A model generated the notes under the pieces. That model was not told where the DNA came from, made no database searches, and saw only the letters and a list, made by a program, of their open reading frames with translations. The position numbers were made by a program, and so were the translations under genes. From NCBI GenBank assembly GCA_963763775.1, contig CAVXPZ010000003.1, forward strand, positions 736,001-800,000: DNA of 64,000 bases, read 5' to 3'. This DNA is from an uncultured Chloroflexia bacterium. Lineage in GTDB: Bacteria > Chloroflexota > Limnocylindria > Limnocylindrales > CSP1-4. Positions 11,715 through 21,927 of the stretch are shown in pieces (position 1 is the first letter of the stretch; each line of letters opens with the position of its first letter).

Positions 11715-12650
11715 ATGACGACCAACGTCACGCCTCGATTCCGTCGCCGGCTCGCGGCAGAGATGCCCGATGCTTTTCGCGTCTTCCGTCACTCGCTGTT
11801 CGACTACCTGCGACGCACCGGGCAAGTCGACGCCTCGGCGGACTGGACGTCTTCGGCCGCGATCGCCGAGGCCTGGGGCAGGCACTCCAGGTGGATGGAG
11901 CACCTCGCCGCGACCGCCGCGGAAGACTGGGTGGCCGAGGACGCGGATGGCAGGATCATCGGGTGGGCGCAGTCGATCGAGCGCGACGGCATGCTGGAGC
12001 TGACCATGTTCTTCGTCGATCCTGACGCGCAGACGCGAGGTGTCGGGCGAGGACTGCTCGAGCGGGTGTTCCCCCTCGGCCGAGGGCATACGCGGACCAT
12101 CTCGGCGACCCAGGATCCGCGGGCGGTGGCGCTGTATCTGCGATTCGGTGTCTCGTACCTCACGAGTTCGATCGACGTGCTCGGTCCACCGCGAGCGTCG
12201 GTGATCGAGACCGATCTTCACATCGAACGCGTCCTGCCGGGCGGCATGGCCGACGCGGAGATCGCCATCGCCGACTTCGAGCGACAGCTTCTCGGCCACG
12301 CGCGGCGCGAGGACACGCGGTTCCTTCTCGGCGAGCGTCCTGCCTGGCTGGCGCGCCGCGGAGACCGAGTGGTCGGCATGGCATTCGGCATGAACGGGGA
12401 TTGCACGGGGCCGATCGGGGCGTTGGACACAAGCGACCTTCCCGCGCTCATGGCCACCGTCGAGAACGACGCCGTCGACCGGGAGGTCAAGGAGTTGGGG
12501 TTCACGATCCCGATGGTCAACGCGACCGCTCTCGCGTACGTGCTCGGACGGGGATACCAGGTGGATACGTTCTACACGTTCATCTTGAGCAGCAGCGATC
12601 ACATGCGACTTGATCGATACATCGAGACGCAGCCGACCTTCATCTTCTGA
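11715..12650 (+). CDS. GNAT family N-acetyltransferase
   Basis: Own GGGAG RBS and ATG 11715; FFVDPDAQTRGVGRGLL...ALYLRFG. Confidence 0.82.
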   Translation: MTTNVTPRFRRRLAAEMPDAFRVFRHSLFDYLRRTGQVDASADWTSSAAIAEAWGRHSRWMEHLAATAAEDWVAEDADGRIIGWAQSIERDGMLELTMFFVDPDAQTRGVGRGLLERVFPLGRGHTRTISATQDPRAVALYLRFGVSYLTSSIDVLGPPRASVIETDLHIERVLPGGMADAEIAIADFERQLLGHARREDTRFLLGERPAWLARRGDRVVGMAFGMNGDCTGPIGALDTSDLPALMATVENDAVDREVKELGFTIPMVNATALAYVLGRGYQVDTFYTFILSSSDHMRLDRYIETQPTFIF

Positions 12651-12876
12651 TCGATAACGTCTACGCGTGGATGGGCTCGGGGACATCGCCGGAGGCCTGG
12701 CCGGTGTCAGTCTGCTCGCCTTGGCACGTCGCAGACTCGGAGCAGGGACCACCATCGTGATGACCAGGGTCTTGCACCCAGAGGACCCGTCGGAGTCCTG
12801 AGCGCAGCTCGACCGTGGCGACGGTCTACGATGGCCGCTCCGCGTCGCCCGGCGCGGCAACACGTGGGTGGACCGG

Positions 12877-14097
12877 ATGTCGGACCAACGCCACCGCGAG
12901 TCGCGGGACGCGCTGACCGCTGAGCGTTTGGCTCGTGAGGCTGGCTCGACGCCCGACTACATCGCCCGGCTCGTCGAGGCGGGCGCCATCAGCGCCGATG
13001 TCGACGGGCGGTTCGCGATCGAGGACGTGCCTCGGGTCCGGCTGACGCTGGCCCTGGCGGACGGCGGGATCGAGTTCGACGACCTGATGTCCGTGATCCG
13101 CAGCGGAGCCCTCCAGCTCGACTGGGTCGCTCGGCTCTGGACACTGGGTGAGCCATCCGGACGGACGTTCGATGCCTTTGCCCGATCACTCGGCGAGCGG
13201 GCTGCCGACCTGCCGGCGATCTACGTTGCGCTCGGCCTGGCGCCACCCATGCCGGACACGGTCATGCGCCAGGACGAGGAGCGCGTCATCACGGACTTCC
13301 TCGAGCTTTGGGACCTGGTCGACGATCGCCCTGAGGTCTCCATTCGCGCCGCACGCATCGCCGGCGACGGGGTCCGACGGATCCAGGGCGCGACACAGGA
13401 CCTGTTCGACGAGCTTGGGGGACCTCCCGGGAACCAGGCAGCCAAGGGAATGTCTCCGGACGAGGCGATGCGGCCGGCGTTGCTTCTTGGCCCGGTCCTC
13501 GCGGAACTGATGGTCTGGCTCCAGGCGCGCCACCAGGAGAACGAGGTCTTCGCACGGATCGTGCCGTACGTCGAGGAAACCCTGATCAAGGCCGGGCATG
13601 GCGAACGTCATGGCCAGCAGCCCGCGATCGCGTTCGTCGACCTCGCGGGCTACACCGAGATGACGGTCTCCGGGGGCGATGATCACGCCGCTGAGTCTGC
13701 GACGACGCTGCAGATCCTGGCGGCATCGGCGGTCCGCAGCCACCGCGGTCGGGTCGTGAAACTGCTCGGTGACGGTGTGATGCTCCAATACGCCTCGATG
13801 GTCGATGCCATCGGCTCGGTTCGCGACCTGATGGCTTCCATCGCGGCGGCAGGCCTTCCGCCAGCGCACGCGGGCATCGCCTCAGGGCCGATGGTGGTCC
13901 GCGACGGCGACGTCTACGGACACACCGTGAACCTCGCGGCCCGGATCGCCGGCCACGCCCGCGCGGGCGAACTGCTGATCGCCGCAGATGGAGCGAACCA
14001 GCCGATCGGCGATCCTGTCGAGTTCGAGGACGCCGGGTCGGCCGCCCTCAAGGGCATCGCCGATCCCGTCCGCCTGCTGCGGGTGCTGCCCGGATGA
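12877..14097 (+). CDS. class III adenylate cyclase with N-terminal regulatory domain
   Basis: AFVDLAGYT, VKLLGDGVM and DVYGHTVNLAAR. Confidence 0.88.
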   Translation: MSDQRHRESRDALTAERLAREAGSTPDYIARLVEAGAISADVDGRFAIEDVPRVRLTLALADGGIEFDDLMSVIRSGALQLDWVARLWTLGEPSGRTFDAFARSLGERAADLPAIYVALGLAPPMPDTVMRQDEERVITDFLELWDLVDDRPEVSIRAARIAGDGVRRIQGATQDLFDELGGPPGNQAAKGMSPDEAMRPALLLGPVLAELMVWLQARHQENEVFARIVPYVEETLIKAGHGERHGQQPAIAFVDLAGYTEMTVSGGDDHAAESATTLQILAASAVRSHRGRVVKLLGDGVMLQYASMVDAIGSVRDLMASIAAAGLPPAHAGIASGPMVVRDGDVYGHTVNLAARIAGHARAGELLIAADGANQPIGDPVEFEDAGSAALKGIADPVRLLRVLPG

Positions 14098-15456
14098 GTC
14101 GGGCCACGCCAGCACGACCCGAGGGTGGCGACGGTCCAGGCGCTGCGCAGCAGACGTCCGCATCGACGGATCCGCCGATCATCGAGCTCCGTACCGACCG
14201 TGGGGAGCTCCGACGCGGCTCGCTGCGGTTCGTCGACGACCGAGTCGAACGGCGCTACCAGCGCCAGGGCGGAGCGGAGAGCAAGACGGGATTCCGCATC
14301 GCCACCGCCACGGCGGCGGTCATGTGGCTCCTGGCCGCCGCCGTCATCCCGATGGGCACACCGATCCCGGCCGATCGTGCGATCCCCGTGTGTCTCGCGA
14401 TGGCGGTCTTCAACCTTGCCGGCTTCCTGTTGTCGGCCGGGGCGGACACCCTGGATCGCCAGCACTCGATCGTTTCCGTCCTGACCGCGGTCAACGGGCT
14501 GGTCATCCTCTGGCTGGCGTCGGCGGGCGGCGTCCTGCCTGGATACGGGATCAGCGCGATCATGCTGCTGTTCGTCTTCGGGTTCGTCGCTCGCACCGGT
14601 TTCATCTTTGCCGCGTCGCGAACCGCCGTCATCGCCGTCGGCTTCCTCGTGGCTGCCGTGCTCTATGCGGGCCGGAGCAGCCTCCTCGTGGACGCGTTCA
14701 TCTTCGCGGCCGCCGTGATCGGCAGTCTCCTGGCGCTGCGACTCCTCGAGCAGTCACGCCGCCGCGTCTTCTACCAGGACATCGTCATCACCCGACAGGC
14801 AGACGAGTTGAAGGTCGAGAAGGACCGGGCCGACGCGCTGCTGCTGAACGTCCTTCCGGGATCGATCTCGTCGCGCCTCCTCGCGGGCGAGCGGACGATC
14901 GCCGACGCGTATCCGGCCGTCACCGTGCTCTTCGCGGACATCGTCGGGTTCACGCCGATGACCGCGCGTCTGCCAGCCGACGACGTGGTCGGGATGCTCG
15001 GCCGACTCTTCGCTCGCTTCGACGAGCTCGTGTCCGCGCGCGGCCTCGAGAAGATCAAGACCATCGGGGATGCGTACATGGCCGCGGGCGGACTGCCCGA
15101 GCCGCTCGACGACCACGCCGCTCGCGTCGTCGATCTCGGCCTCGCGATGATCGACGCCGGCCTACGAGGAGACCAACCGGATCGCCGACCTTCGGATCCG
15201 AGTCGGCGTGCATTCAGGGCCGGTCATCGGCGGCGTCATCGGCCACCGCAAGTTCGCCTTCGACATCTGGGGCGAGACCGTGAACATCGCCAGCCGGCTG
15301 GAGTCGCACGGCATCCCTGGCCGCGTCCACGTCAGCGCCGAGACCTGGCGGATCGTGCAGGACCGGTTCGATGCGGAGCCGCGCGGCCCGATCGACCTTC
15401 GCGGCTACGGACCGATGGAGACCTACGCGATCATCGGGCGCCGGGCCGGTCCATAG
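14094..15456 (+). CDS. membrane-anchored class III adenylate cyclase (frameshift near 15170-15200)
   Basis: About 6 TM segments; LLLNVLP, FADIVGFT, KIKTIGDAYM; then HSGPVIGGVIG...FDIWGETVNIASRLES in a second frame; ATGA overlap with the upstream cyclase. Confidence 0.88.
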
Positions 15457-15611
15457 GTCGTGTCGAGGAGCCGGTCGTGGCGCCCGACGCAGATCGAACC
15501 ATCGGATCTCACGCCGTCTCAATGGGGATGACCGGCGAACAGGCCTTGGGCTCGACCAGGCCGGCCGTGGTCGAGTCACGCATCGAACCGCCAAGGTCGG
15601 AGGGTCATCTC

Positions 15612-16448
15612 ATGCGCCGGATCCTAGGTACGGTCCTGGTCGCCGCGGCGGTCGCCGCCTGTACCGCGACGGGGGCCTCGCCTGGCGTCGGCTCCGGACC
15701 GCCGGTCCCATCGGTCGCGGTGACCGCACCGCCGGTCTCGGCCGGTCCGCCCCTCGACCGCTTCGCCCGCTCCATCGGTCGCGGTGACCGCACCGCCGGT
15801 CTCGCCTTCCGCCGCGATCTCGCTGTCGCTCCCCAAGACCTTCAAGTCGAAGGAGTACGGCTACACGATGGGCATGGCGGCGGACTGGACCGCGAAGGCG
15901 GCGACCCTGCTCGTCGATGACCCCAAGTCCACCGGCGACTCCGGGACCGATCTCATCACCGTCACCGGCACCGATACCACCATCCCGGTGGTCGCCTGGG
16001 ATCTCGGCCATCAGACGTTCGCCGCCTGGCTCGAGGATTACCGGGCGGCATGTCTCGGCGTCCGACGGGTGGCGGCGACTGGACCGCGAAGCGGCCACCC
16101 TGTCGTCGATGACCAAGTCACCGGCGACTCCGGGACCGAGTGCATCGCCGCACCGCGCACCGATACGACATCCGGTGGTCGCTGTCTCGGCATCCGTCCC
16201 GAGGAACGGGCGGCCATGTCATCGGGCGTGCCGGCGGGTTGCGACGGCGGTGATCCGTCACCTGGCCGCCCGTGGCGATCGGCGACCTTCAGGGGGTCTG
16301 GCAGCAGAAGTGCAACGCCGCGGTCGCGACCGTGGAGCACGGCGGCAAGGCCTACCAATTCGCCTGGGAGAACAGCACCTTCGAGGGCAGCAAGCACTTG
16401 TCGGAGACGAACTTCAAGGCCGTGCTCGCGTCCGTCAAGTTCCGGTAG
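15612..16448 (+). CDS. putative lipoprotein, disrupted by indels and an internal duplication
   Basis: MRRILGTVLVAAAVAAC lipobox, Pro/Ser linker, KEYGYTMG, and terminal frame WQQKCNAA...FKAVLASVKFR-stop. Confidence 0.6.
15708..15804 (+). repeat. 33-bp direct repeat x2 (VAVTAPPVS linker)
   Basis: CCATCGGTCGCGGTGACCGCACCGCCGGTCTCG at 15708 and 15772. Confidence 0.9.
15876..16230 (+). repeat. ~190-bp tandem duplication, second copy heavily degenerate
   Basis: 15876-16060 (GACTGGACCGCGAAG...GGCGACTCCGGGACCGA) recurs at 16071-16230 with many deletions. Confidence 0.8.
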
Positions 16449-16674
16449 GCGGCAGGGCACAGCCGACGTTCGGTACTCCTCGATCGATGCCGACGCCCAC
16501 AAGCCCGGGTGGCATCCGCGACGTTCCTGGCAGTACCGGAATCCGGACAACTGAGCGTGGCCGCGCCCAGAAACGACAGGATCCTGTCGATCAGGGACTC
16601 GACCACGAGAGGCCTGTGGCAAAACCGGTACTGGCAGGAACGCGACTTCGCGGCGCCGGACTCGGGGTCTTTGT

Positions 16675-17115
16675 CTACAGCTCGCGGGCTTCCATCCGTT
16701 CTCGCAACGAGGCGAGGTCGCGCTCGAATTGGCGAGTGGCCAGCCTCGCGAACAGCGGGCCGAGCAACCGGAACCCGCCGGTCGGCGTCGCCTCGAACGT
16801 CGCCGTCACGTTGGATCCGCTGCCCTGTGGTTCGACATCGAACGACCCGGCGAACGGGAACGGTCCCGACTGTGTTTCGTAGGCCAGCCGCCGACCCGGG
16901 ACGAAGTCGGTCACGGTCGAGTCCGTCTCGATGCGCCGACCGAGGAAACGGGTCACCTCGCGCGCGGTGCTCCCGACCCCGACCGGTCCCGTCGACGTCA
17001 GGTGTCCCTCGATCGATGCCGATGCCCACTGGGCATTCTTGCTGACGTCGGCCAGCACGGCGAACACGTCGTCGGGCGCTCGCTGGATCTGGACGCTCGC
17101 GCTCCCTCGGGCCAC
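16675..17115 (-). CDS. SRPBCC family protein
   Basis: SVQIQRAPDDVFAVLAD...GPVGVG...DLASLRERME. Confidence 0.85.
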   Translation of the reverse strand: MARGSASVQIQRAPDDVFAVLADVSKNAQWASASIEGHLTSTGPVGVGSTAREVTRFLGRRIETDSTVTDFVPGRRLAYETQSGPFPFAGSFDVEPQGSGSNVTATFEATPTGGFRLLGPLFARLATRQFERDLASLRERMEAREL

Positions 17116-17203
17116 GATCGGACTCCGTGTGTGCGGTCGGACGACGTTGATCGGCAGTGTCGCATGCCGTCGTCGTTCGGCGTCTCGCCGATGGGCGCGG
17201 GGC

Positions 17204-17648
17204 CTACAGCTCGCCGGCTTCCATCATGGTCTTGAGGTTCGAAAGGTCCTTCGCGAACGACCGCTTGTAGACGGCGGCGAGGAGCGGGGCCATCGGCCGC
17301 ATGACGCCAGTGGGCTCGAACGACACGAGCCAGTCGAGACGGGCTGCTGTCACCCAGGCTGATGCAGTCGATGGCGATGCGGACCTCGAACGGGAACCCA
17401 GAGATGCTGCGCATCGCGAGCCGCCTGTTCGGCTCGAATTCGGTGAGCTCCATCTCGTTCTCCGTCGTCCGTCCGCCGAATGTCGGGACGATGGCCCGCC
17501 GTCTCGTGCCGACGCCCATCGGGCCAGGAGTCGTGACCGTCTCCTCGATGGCACGGGACCACTTGGCGGCATTCTCGAGGTGGGTCAACACGGCGAAGAC
17601 GTCGTCGACCGGTCGCCTGATCGTGACGGTCAGCGCTGCCGTGCTCAT
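17204..17648 (-). CDS. SRPBCC family protein (frameshift near 17350)
   Basis: TIRRPVDDVFAVLTHLENAAKW...TEFEPNRRL, then DLSNLKTMMEAGEL; paralog of its neighbour. Confidence 0.82.
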
Positions 17649-17684
17649 GGCCGAAGCCTACTCGCGCGAGACTCCGGTTCGGTT

Positions 17685-17745
17685 GGGCCCGCCCGGCGGG
17701 ATCCGAGCGCGCGGTGCAAACCTCTCGGGTGGAGGGGGTCGAGGA
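17685..17745 (+). repeat. tRNA-Arg 3'-end att-like repeat R1
   Basis: GGGCCCGCCCGGCGGGATCCGAGCGCGCGGTGCAAACCTCTCGGGTGGAGGGGGTCGAGGA. Confidence 0.9.
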
Positions 17746-17829
17746 TGCGCCGTTTGCGACCGGGCGGCGCCGACGGTGGTCATCATGGTGGCCGTGGGAC
17801 GTTCTGGGCTCGAGCGGCATCTACCTGAC

Positions 17830-18378
17830 GTGAATGCCCACGAATTGGTCGACACGACGGCGACGGCCGAGCTGCTGGCTCGTGCGCGGACCGGCGAGCG
17901 CGAGGCCTTCACCGCCCTTGTCGAGCGGCATCATGCCGAACTCGTGCGCATCGCCTATGCCATCACCGGTGACGTCGACGCGGCCCGCGATGCCGCCCAG
18001 CTGGCGTGGATCAAGGCTTGGCAACAGCTGCCGAAGGTCCGCGAGCCCGAGCGCCTCCGGGCATGGCTGATCGCGATCGCGGCGAACGAAGCGCGCCAGT
18101 ACCTCCGCGCGCATCGACGGCGTCATGTGCGCGAGATCGCACCGCCGACCCTGGATGAGATGCCCGGGCACAGTGTGATCGCCTCAGCCGATCGACTCGA
18201 TCTCGCCGCCGCCCTGGTGCGTCTCGATCCGGCCGACCGCGGCCTGCTCGCGATGCGCTATCTGGCCGGCCTGACCGCGGAGGAGATCGGAACAGCGACC
18301 GGGCGATCCGCTTCGGGGGTTCGCACCCGTCTGTCTCGCCTCATCGCCCGTCTGCGTGAGGACCTTGACCATGACTGA
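17830..18378 (+). CDS. ECF sigma-70 factor (start uncertain, ATG 17785 possible)
   Basis: EAFTALVERH, ARDAAQLAWIKAW, RAWLIAIAAN; region 4 GLTAEEIG...SGVRTRLSR. Confidence 0.9.
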   Translation: MNAHELVDTTATAELLARARTGEREAFTALVERHHAELVRIAYAITGDVDAARDAAQLAWIKAWQQLPKVREPERLRAWLIAIAANEARQYLRAHRRRHVREIAPPTLDEMPGHSVIASADRLDLAAALVRLDPADRGLLAMRYLAGLTAEEIGTATGRSASGVRTRLSRLIARLREDLDHD

Positions 18379-19491
18379 CCGACCGACGTTCGACCCGTTC
18401 GAGCAGCGTATCGCCGCTGAGTTCGAGCGATATGTCCAGCCGGCAGCTGATCCGACGCCGGTCTCCGCGATCGCAGGGGCCGCGATGCGACCGCGCGGTC
18501 TCGGGGTCCGTGCTCGGAACCTGTCACGGCCACGCCGCTTCCTGCTGCTCGGGATCGCCGCGGCCTTCCTCGTGCCGGCGACATACCTCGCCGCGGGCAG
18601 CCTGCGACCTCCGACTCCGGACCTGAACGACCAGGTACAGCCACTCAGCCGGATCCAGGTCGGCGATCCAGGCGGCGCCGCGCTGGTTCGCTGCCGACGA
18701 CACGTCGCTCTGGGTCCACGAGCCCACGAGCCTGGTGCGCGTGGATCTGGCGACGTCCGCCGTCACGGGAACCGTCCCCCTGAACGGGATGGAGTACGGC
18801 TATGACGACGACCGGGGCCGGTTCCGTCTGGCAGACGGACTACGAGAACGACGTCCTCGTGAGGATCGACCCGGTCAGCCGGCAAGGTCATTGCGTCGAT
18901 CCCGGTCGGATCGGCACCGGCAGGCGTCGCCGTCACCGAGGGCTCGGTGTGGGTGGCCAACGAGCACAACGGGACGGTCAAGCGCATCGATCCCGCGACC
19001 AACAAGGTCGTCGCGACGATCGCGGTCGGTCCGGCCGGATCCGCCGGCCCACAGATCATGACGGCCGGACCCGGTGGTGTCTGGGTGGACATCCAGAACA
19101 ACGGCGATCGGTGGTGCGGATCGATGCCGCGACGAACACGGTCGGGCTGCGGGTGCCGCTGGACGGCCCGGTGGCGAGCGACGGCAGAAGGTCTGGATCG
19201 GCGTCGATGCAGGGACCGAACGGACTGTCGCAGGTCGTGCGCATCGACCCGGTCTCGGGCAAGGTCATCACCACGGTCGACCTCGATACCCAGGGCATCT
19301 GCGGCCTGGCCGTCGGCCTCGGATCCGTCTGGGTCGCCGACGGCGGGTTGACGCGGATCGACGCCGCGACGGGACGCATCCTCGGGCACCTCGATACCGG
19401 TGGCGACTGCGGCAACGTCGTCGTGGCGGGTGGCGCGGTCTGGGTCACCGCGGACGGTCAGCCGTACGTGCTGCGGATCTCGCCGCCGTAA
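18371..19491 (+). CDS. anti-sigma-like membrane protein with extracellular YVTN/Vgb-like beta-propeller (frameshifted)
   Basis: Overlaps the sigma stop; DPFEQRIAAEF N-terminus, a TM segment, repeats GSVWVAN...RIDPATNKVVATIAVG. Confidence 0.75.
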
Positions 19492-20722
19492 CCACGGTCG
19501 CCGGACGCTCCGGCCGGCAACCCGACTGGTCGCACGCCGGCGCGGAAGCCTGGCAGCGACTCCCACAGCGCGGCAGGGCCCTGGACTCAGGACGCCCTGG
19601 CCGTGACCTGACAACAAACCGACCTCGTCAAGAAGAGGAGTCCGAGATGCGTCATGCCTCAGTGGTCGTGCGGGCGAGCGTCGCCGCCATGGTTGCGATC
19701 TCCGTCGGAGCCTGTGGGGCGACACCGGCGAGTCCATCGCCCCGCGAGACCGCGCCGGCGGCTTCCGCGAGCGTGTCAGCCACGAGCCTCCACGGACGTC
19801 GTGGAGTCGCCGTCGGCCTCGACGACCGCGGCTCCATCGCCGTCTCCGTCATTCCCGGCCGGGGCGACGATCGACGGCCGGATCCAGGTCGGCGACCCCG
19901 TCGCACCGCGCTGGTTCGCTGCCGACGACACGTCGCTCTGGGTCCACGAGCCCACGAGCCTGGTGCGCGTGGATCTGGCGACGTCCGCCGTCACGGGACA
20001 GTCCCGCTGAACGGATGGAGTACGGCTACGCACGACCGGCGCCGGTTCCGTCTGGCAGACGGACTACGTTGAACGACGTCCTCGTGAGGATCGACCCGGT
20101 CACGGGCAAGGTGGTCGCGTCGATCCCGGTCGGATCGGCACCGGCAGGCGTCGCCGTCACCGAGGGCTCGGTGTGGGTGGCCGACGAGCACAACGGGACG
20201 GTCCAGCGCATCGATCCCGCGACCAACAAGGTTGTCGCGACGATCCCGGTCGGGCCGATCGCACCGACTGGGCCGCAGATCATGACGGCCGGTCCCGGTG
20301 GCGTCTGGGTGGGCATCCAGCACACGGGTCGAGAACGTGCGGATCGATGCCGCGACGAACAAGGTCGGCCTGCGGGTACCGTGGGACGGCCCGGTGGCGA
20401 GCGACGGCAAGCAGGTCTGGATCGCCGTCGATGCCAGGACCGAACGGGCTGCCGGCAGGCCATCCGCATCGATCCGGACACGGGCAAGGTCATCACGACG
20501 GTCGACCTCGATACCCAGGGCATCTGCGGCCTGGCCGTCGGCCTCGGATCCGTCTGGGTCGCCACAGGCGGATTGACGCGGATCGACGAGGCGACGGGAC
20601 GCATCGTCGGGCGCCTCGATCTCAATGGCGATTGCGGCAACGTCATCGTGGCGGGTGGCGCGGTCTGGGTCACCGCGGACGGTCAGCCGTACGTGGACCG
20701 GATCTCGCCGCAGTGACCACGG
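18648..20722 (+). repeat. ~850-bp near-identical duplication (18648-19497 vs 19877-20722)
   Basis: Long identical stretches, e.g. CGCTGGTTCGCTGCCGACGACACGTCGCTCTGGGTCCACGAG; similarity extends just past both stop codons. Confidence 0.9.
19647..20716 (+). CDS. lipoprotein with YVTN/Vgb-like beta-propeller (frameshifted)
   Basis: GAGGAG RBS; MRHASVVVRASVAAMVAISVGAC lipobox; RIDPVTGKVVASIPVG repeats. Confidence 0.75.
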
Positions 20723-20828
20723 CTGATCGCCCGCGCCGAGGGTCAGGGCCATCGCGGTCGGTGGCAGGTACAGGGGACCTCGACCGACGCGCACCGTTTG
20801 GCGCTGGCCCTACCGGAGAGAGTTGCAG

Positions 20829-20890
20829 TGGCTACGCCCGGAGGGATCCCAGCGCGCGGTGCAAACCCTGCGCGTCGAGGGGGTCGAGGA
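20829..20890 (+). repeat. tRNA-Arg 3'-end att-like repeat R2
   Basis: TGGCTACGCCCGGAGGGATCCCAGCGCGCGGTGCAAACCCTGCGCGTCGAGGGGGTCGAGGA. Confidence 0.92.
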
Positions 20891-21282
20891 ACTTGTCGCG
20901 GTGCTGAGAGCGGCCTGACCGTTGTCACGTAGAGTCGGCGGTGTGGTCGCAATAGTAGTGCGACCTACACGATCACAAGCAACGAGCTCGTGAGAGCCCG
21001 CTGGGAGCATGCCGGGTCGTGGTCGCGGTCACATGGGATCGGCTGACCGAGGTAGCCGGCCGGTACTGGGCAAGGCCCAGCCGATGGCGGTCGATAACCG
21101 ACTCCAGACGCACTCCTGGGAACGAGGACGCCGGCAACGCCTGTCGTCAGGTCGGGCCCAGGCGTCTCGGAGTCAAGGCCCTGCCACGCGGGTGTTAGCC
21201 AGACGAGCGCGTCACCACGGCCCGACTCGGGTCATCGTCGCCCCGCCTCGCTCTCGACGCGACAGGCATACAAAGTGGGCCG

Positions 21283-21549
21283 TCAAGCGGGCAGGGCCGG
21301 GCGCAGCGAGGCGAGACCCCACCAGACGACCACTAGGAGCGCGACGGCGATGGCGATCCGTGTTCGCGATGTCCCGGCCCGAGTCGCGTACCAAATCACA
21401 CAGAGCGGTGCGACCAGAACGGCCCACAGCAGAACGACAGCGTCCGGGTAGGCATGGTTGACGATGGCGAGCCCGACGACGATCCAAGCCACCACCGTCC
21501 AGACCACGATGGTCCATGTTGAGACACGCCACGCTGGGATGGATGGCAT
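21283..21549 (-). CDS. small hypothetical membrane protein (cargo between R2 and R3)
   Basis: 88-aa ORF with three hydrophobic segments. Confidence 0.55.
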   Translation of the reverse strand: MPSIPAWRVSTWTIVVWTVVAWIVVGLAIVNHAYPDAVVLLWAVLVAPLCVIWYATRAGTSRTRIAIAVALLVVVWWGLASLRPALPA

Positions 21550-21866
21550 CGGCTAGAGATTACCGCTGTGGCGTCGTCGTCACCCTGCGCCATCGCTGGC
21601 GCCGATCAGGTCGGGTAGGCGGCGGCAGACCCGTAGCACCCGGCGACCGACGCGCCGACTGGCCCCACCGCGCGCACGCCGGACCACGTTGCCCGCGGCT
21701 AACCGACACAACGTTACCGATGGAGCCGAGTGCCGTGACGCGAGACTCGGACCGTAACGTCTTGCTCTCGGGTACCCATCGCGGGCCTGCGCCACCTAGG
21801 CCACGACGTCAGGCGAGACGAACGTCTCCGACTGACCGCCTCCGCCACGTCACGCGCCCGAGAGAC

Positions 21867-21927
21867 TGGCCCGCCCGGAGGGATCTGAACGCGCGATGCA
21901 AACCCTTCGCGTGGAGGGCGTTGAGGA
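21867..21927 (+). repeat. tRNA-Arg 3'-end att-like repeat R3
   Basis: TGGCCCGCCCGGAGGGATCTGAACGCGCGATGCAAACCCTTCGCGTGGAGGGCGTTGAGGA; first 17 bp identical to 23444-23460. Confidence 0.95.

Noticed and set aside
11217-12650. Apparent ArsR-GNAT fusion (477-aa ORF)
   Set aside because: An alternate frame ends ArsR plausibly at TAG 11592 and the GNAT has its own RBS and ATG at 11715; likely an indel artefact.
15876-16230. Degenerate duplication as a diversity-generating template/variable repeat
   Set aside because: Differences are mostly deletions rather than A-specific substitutions, and no reverse transcriptase is nearby; likely a consensus artefact.
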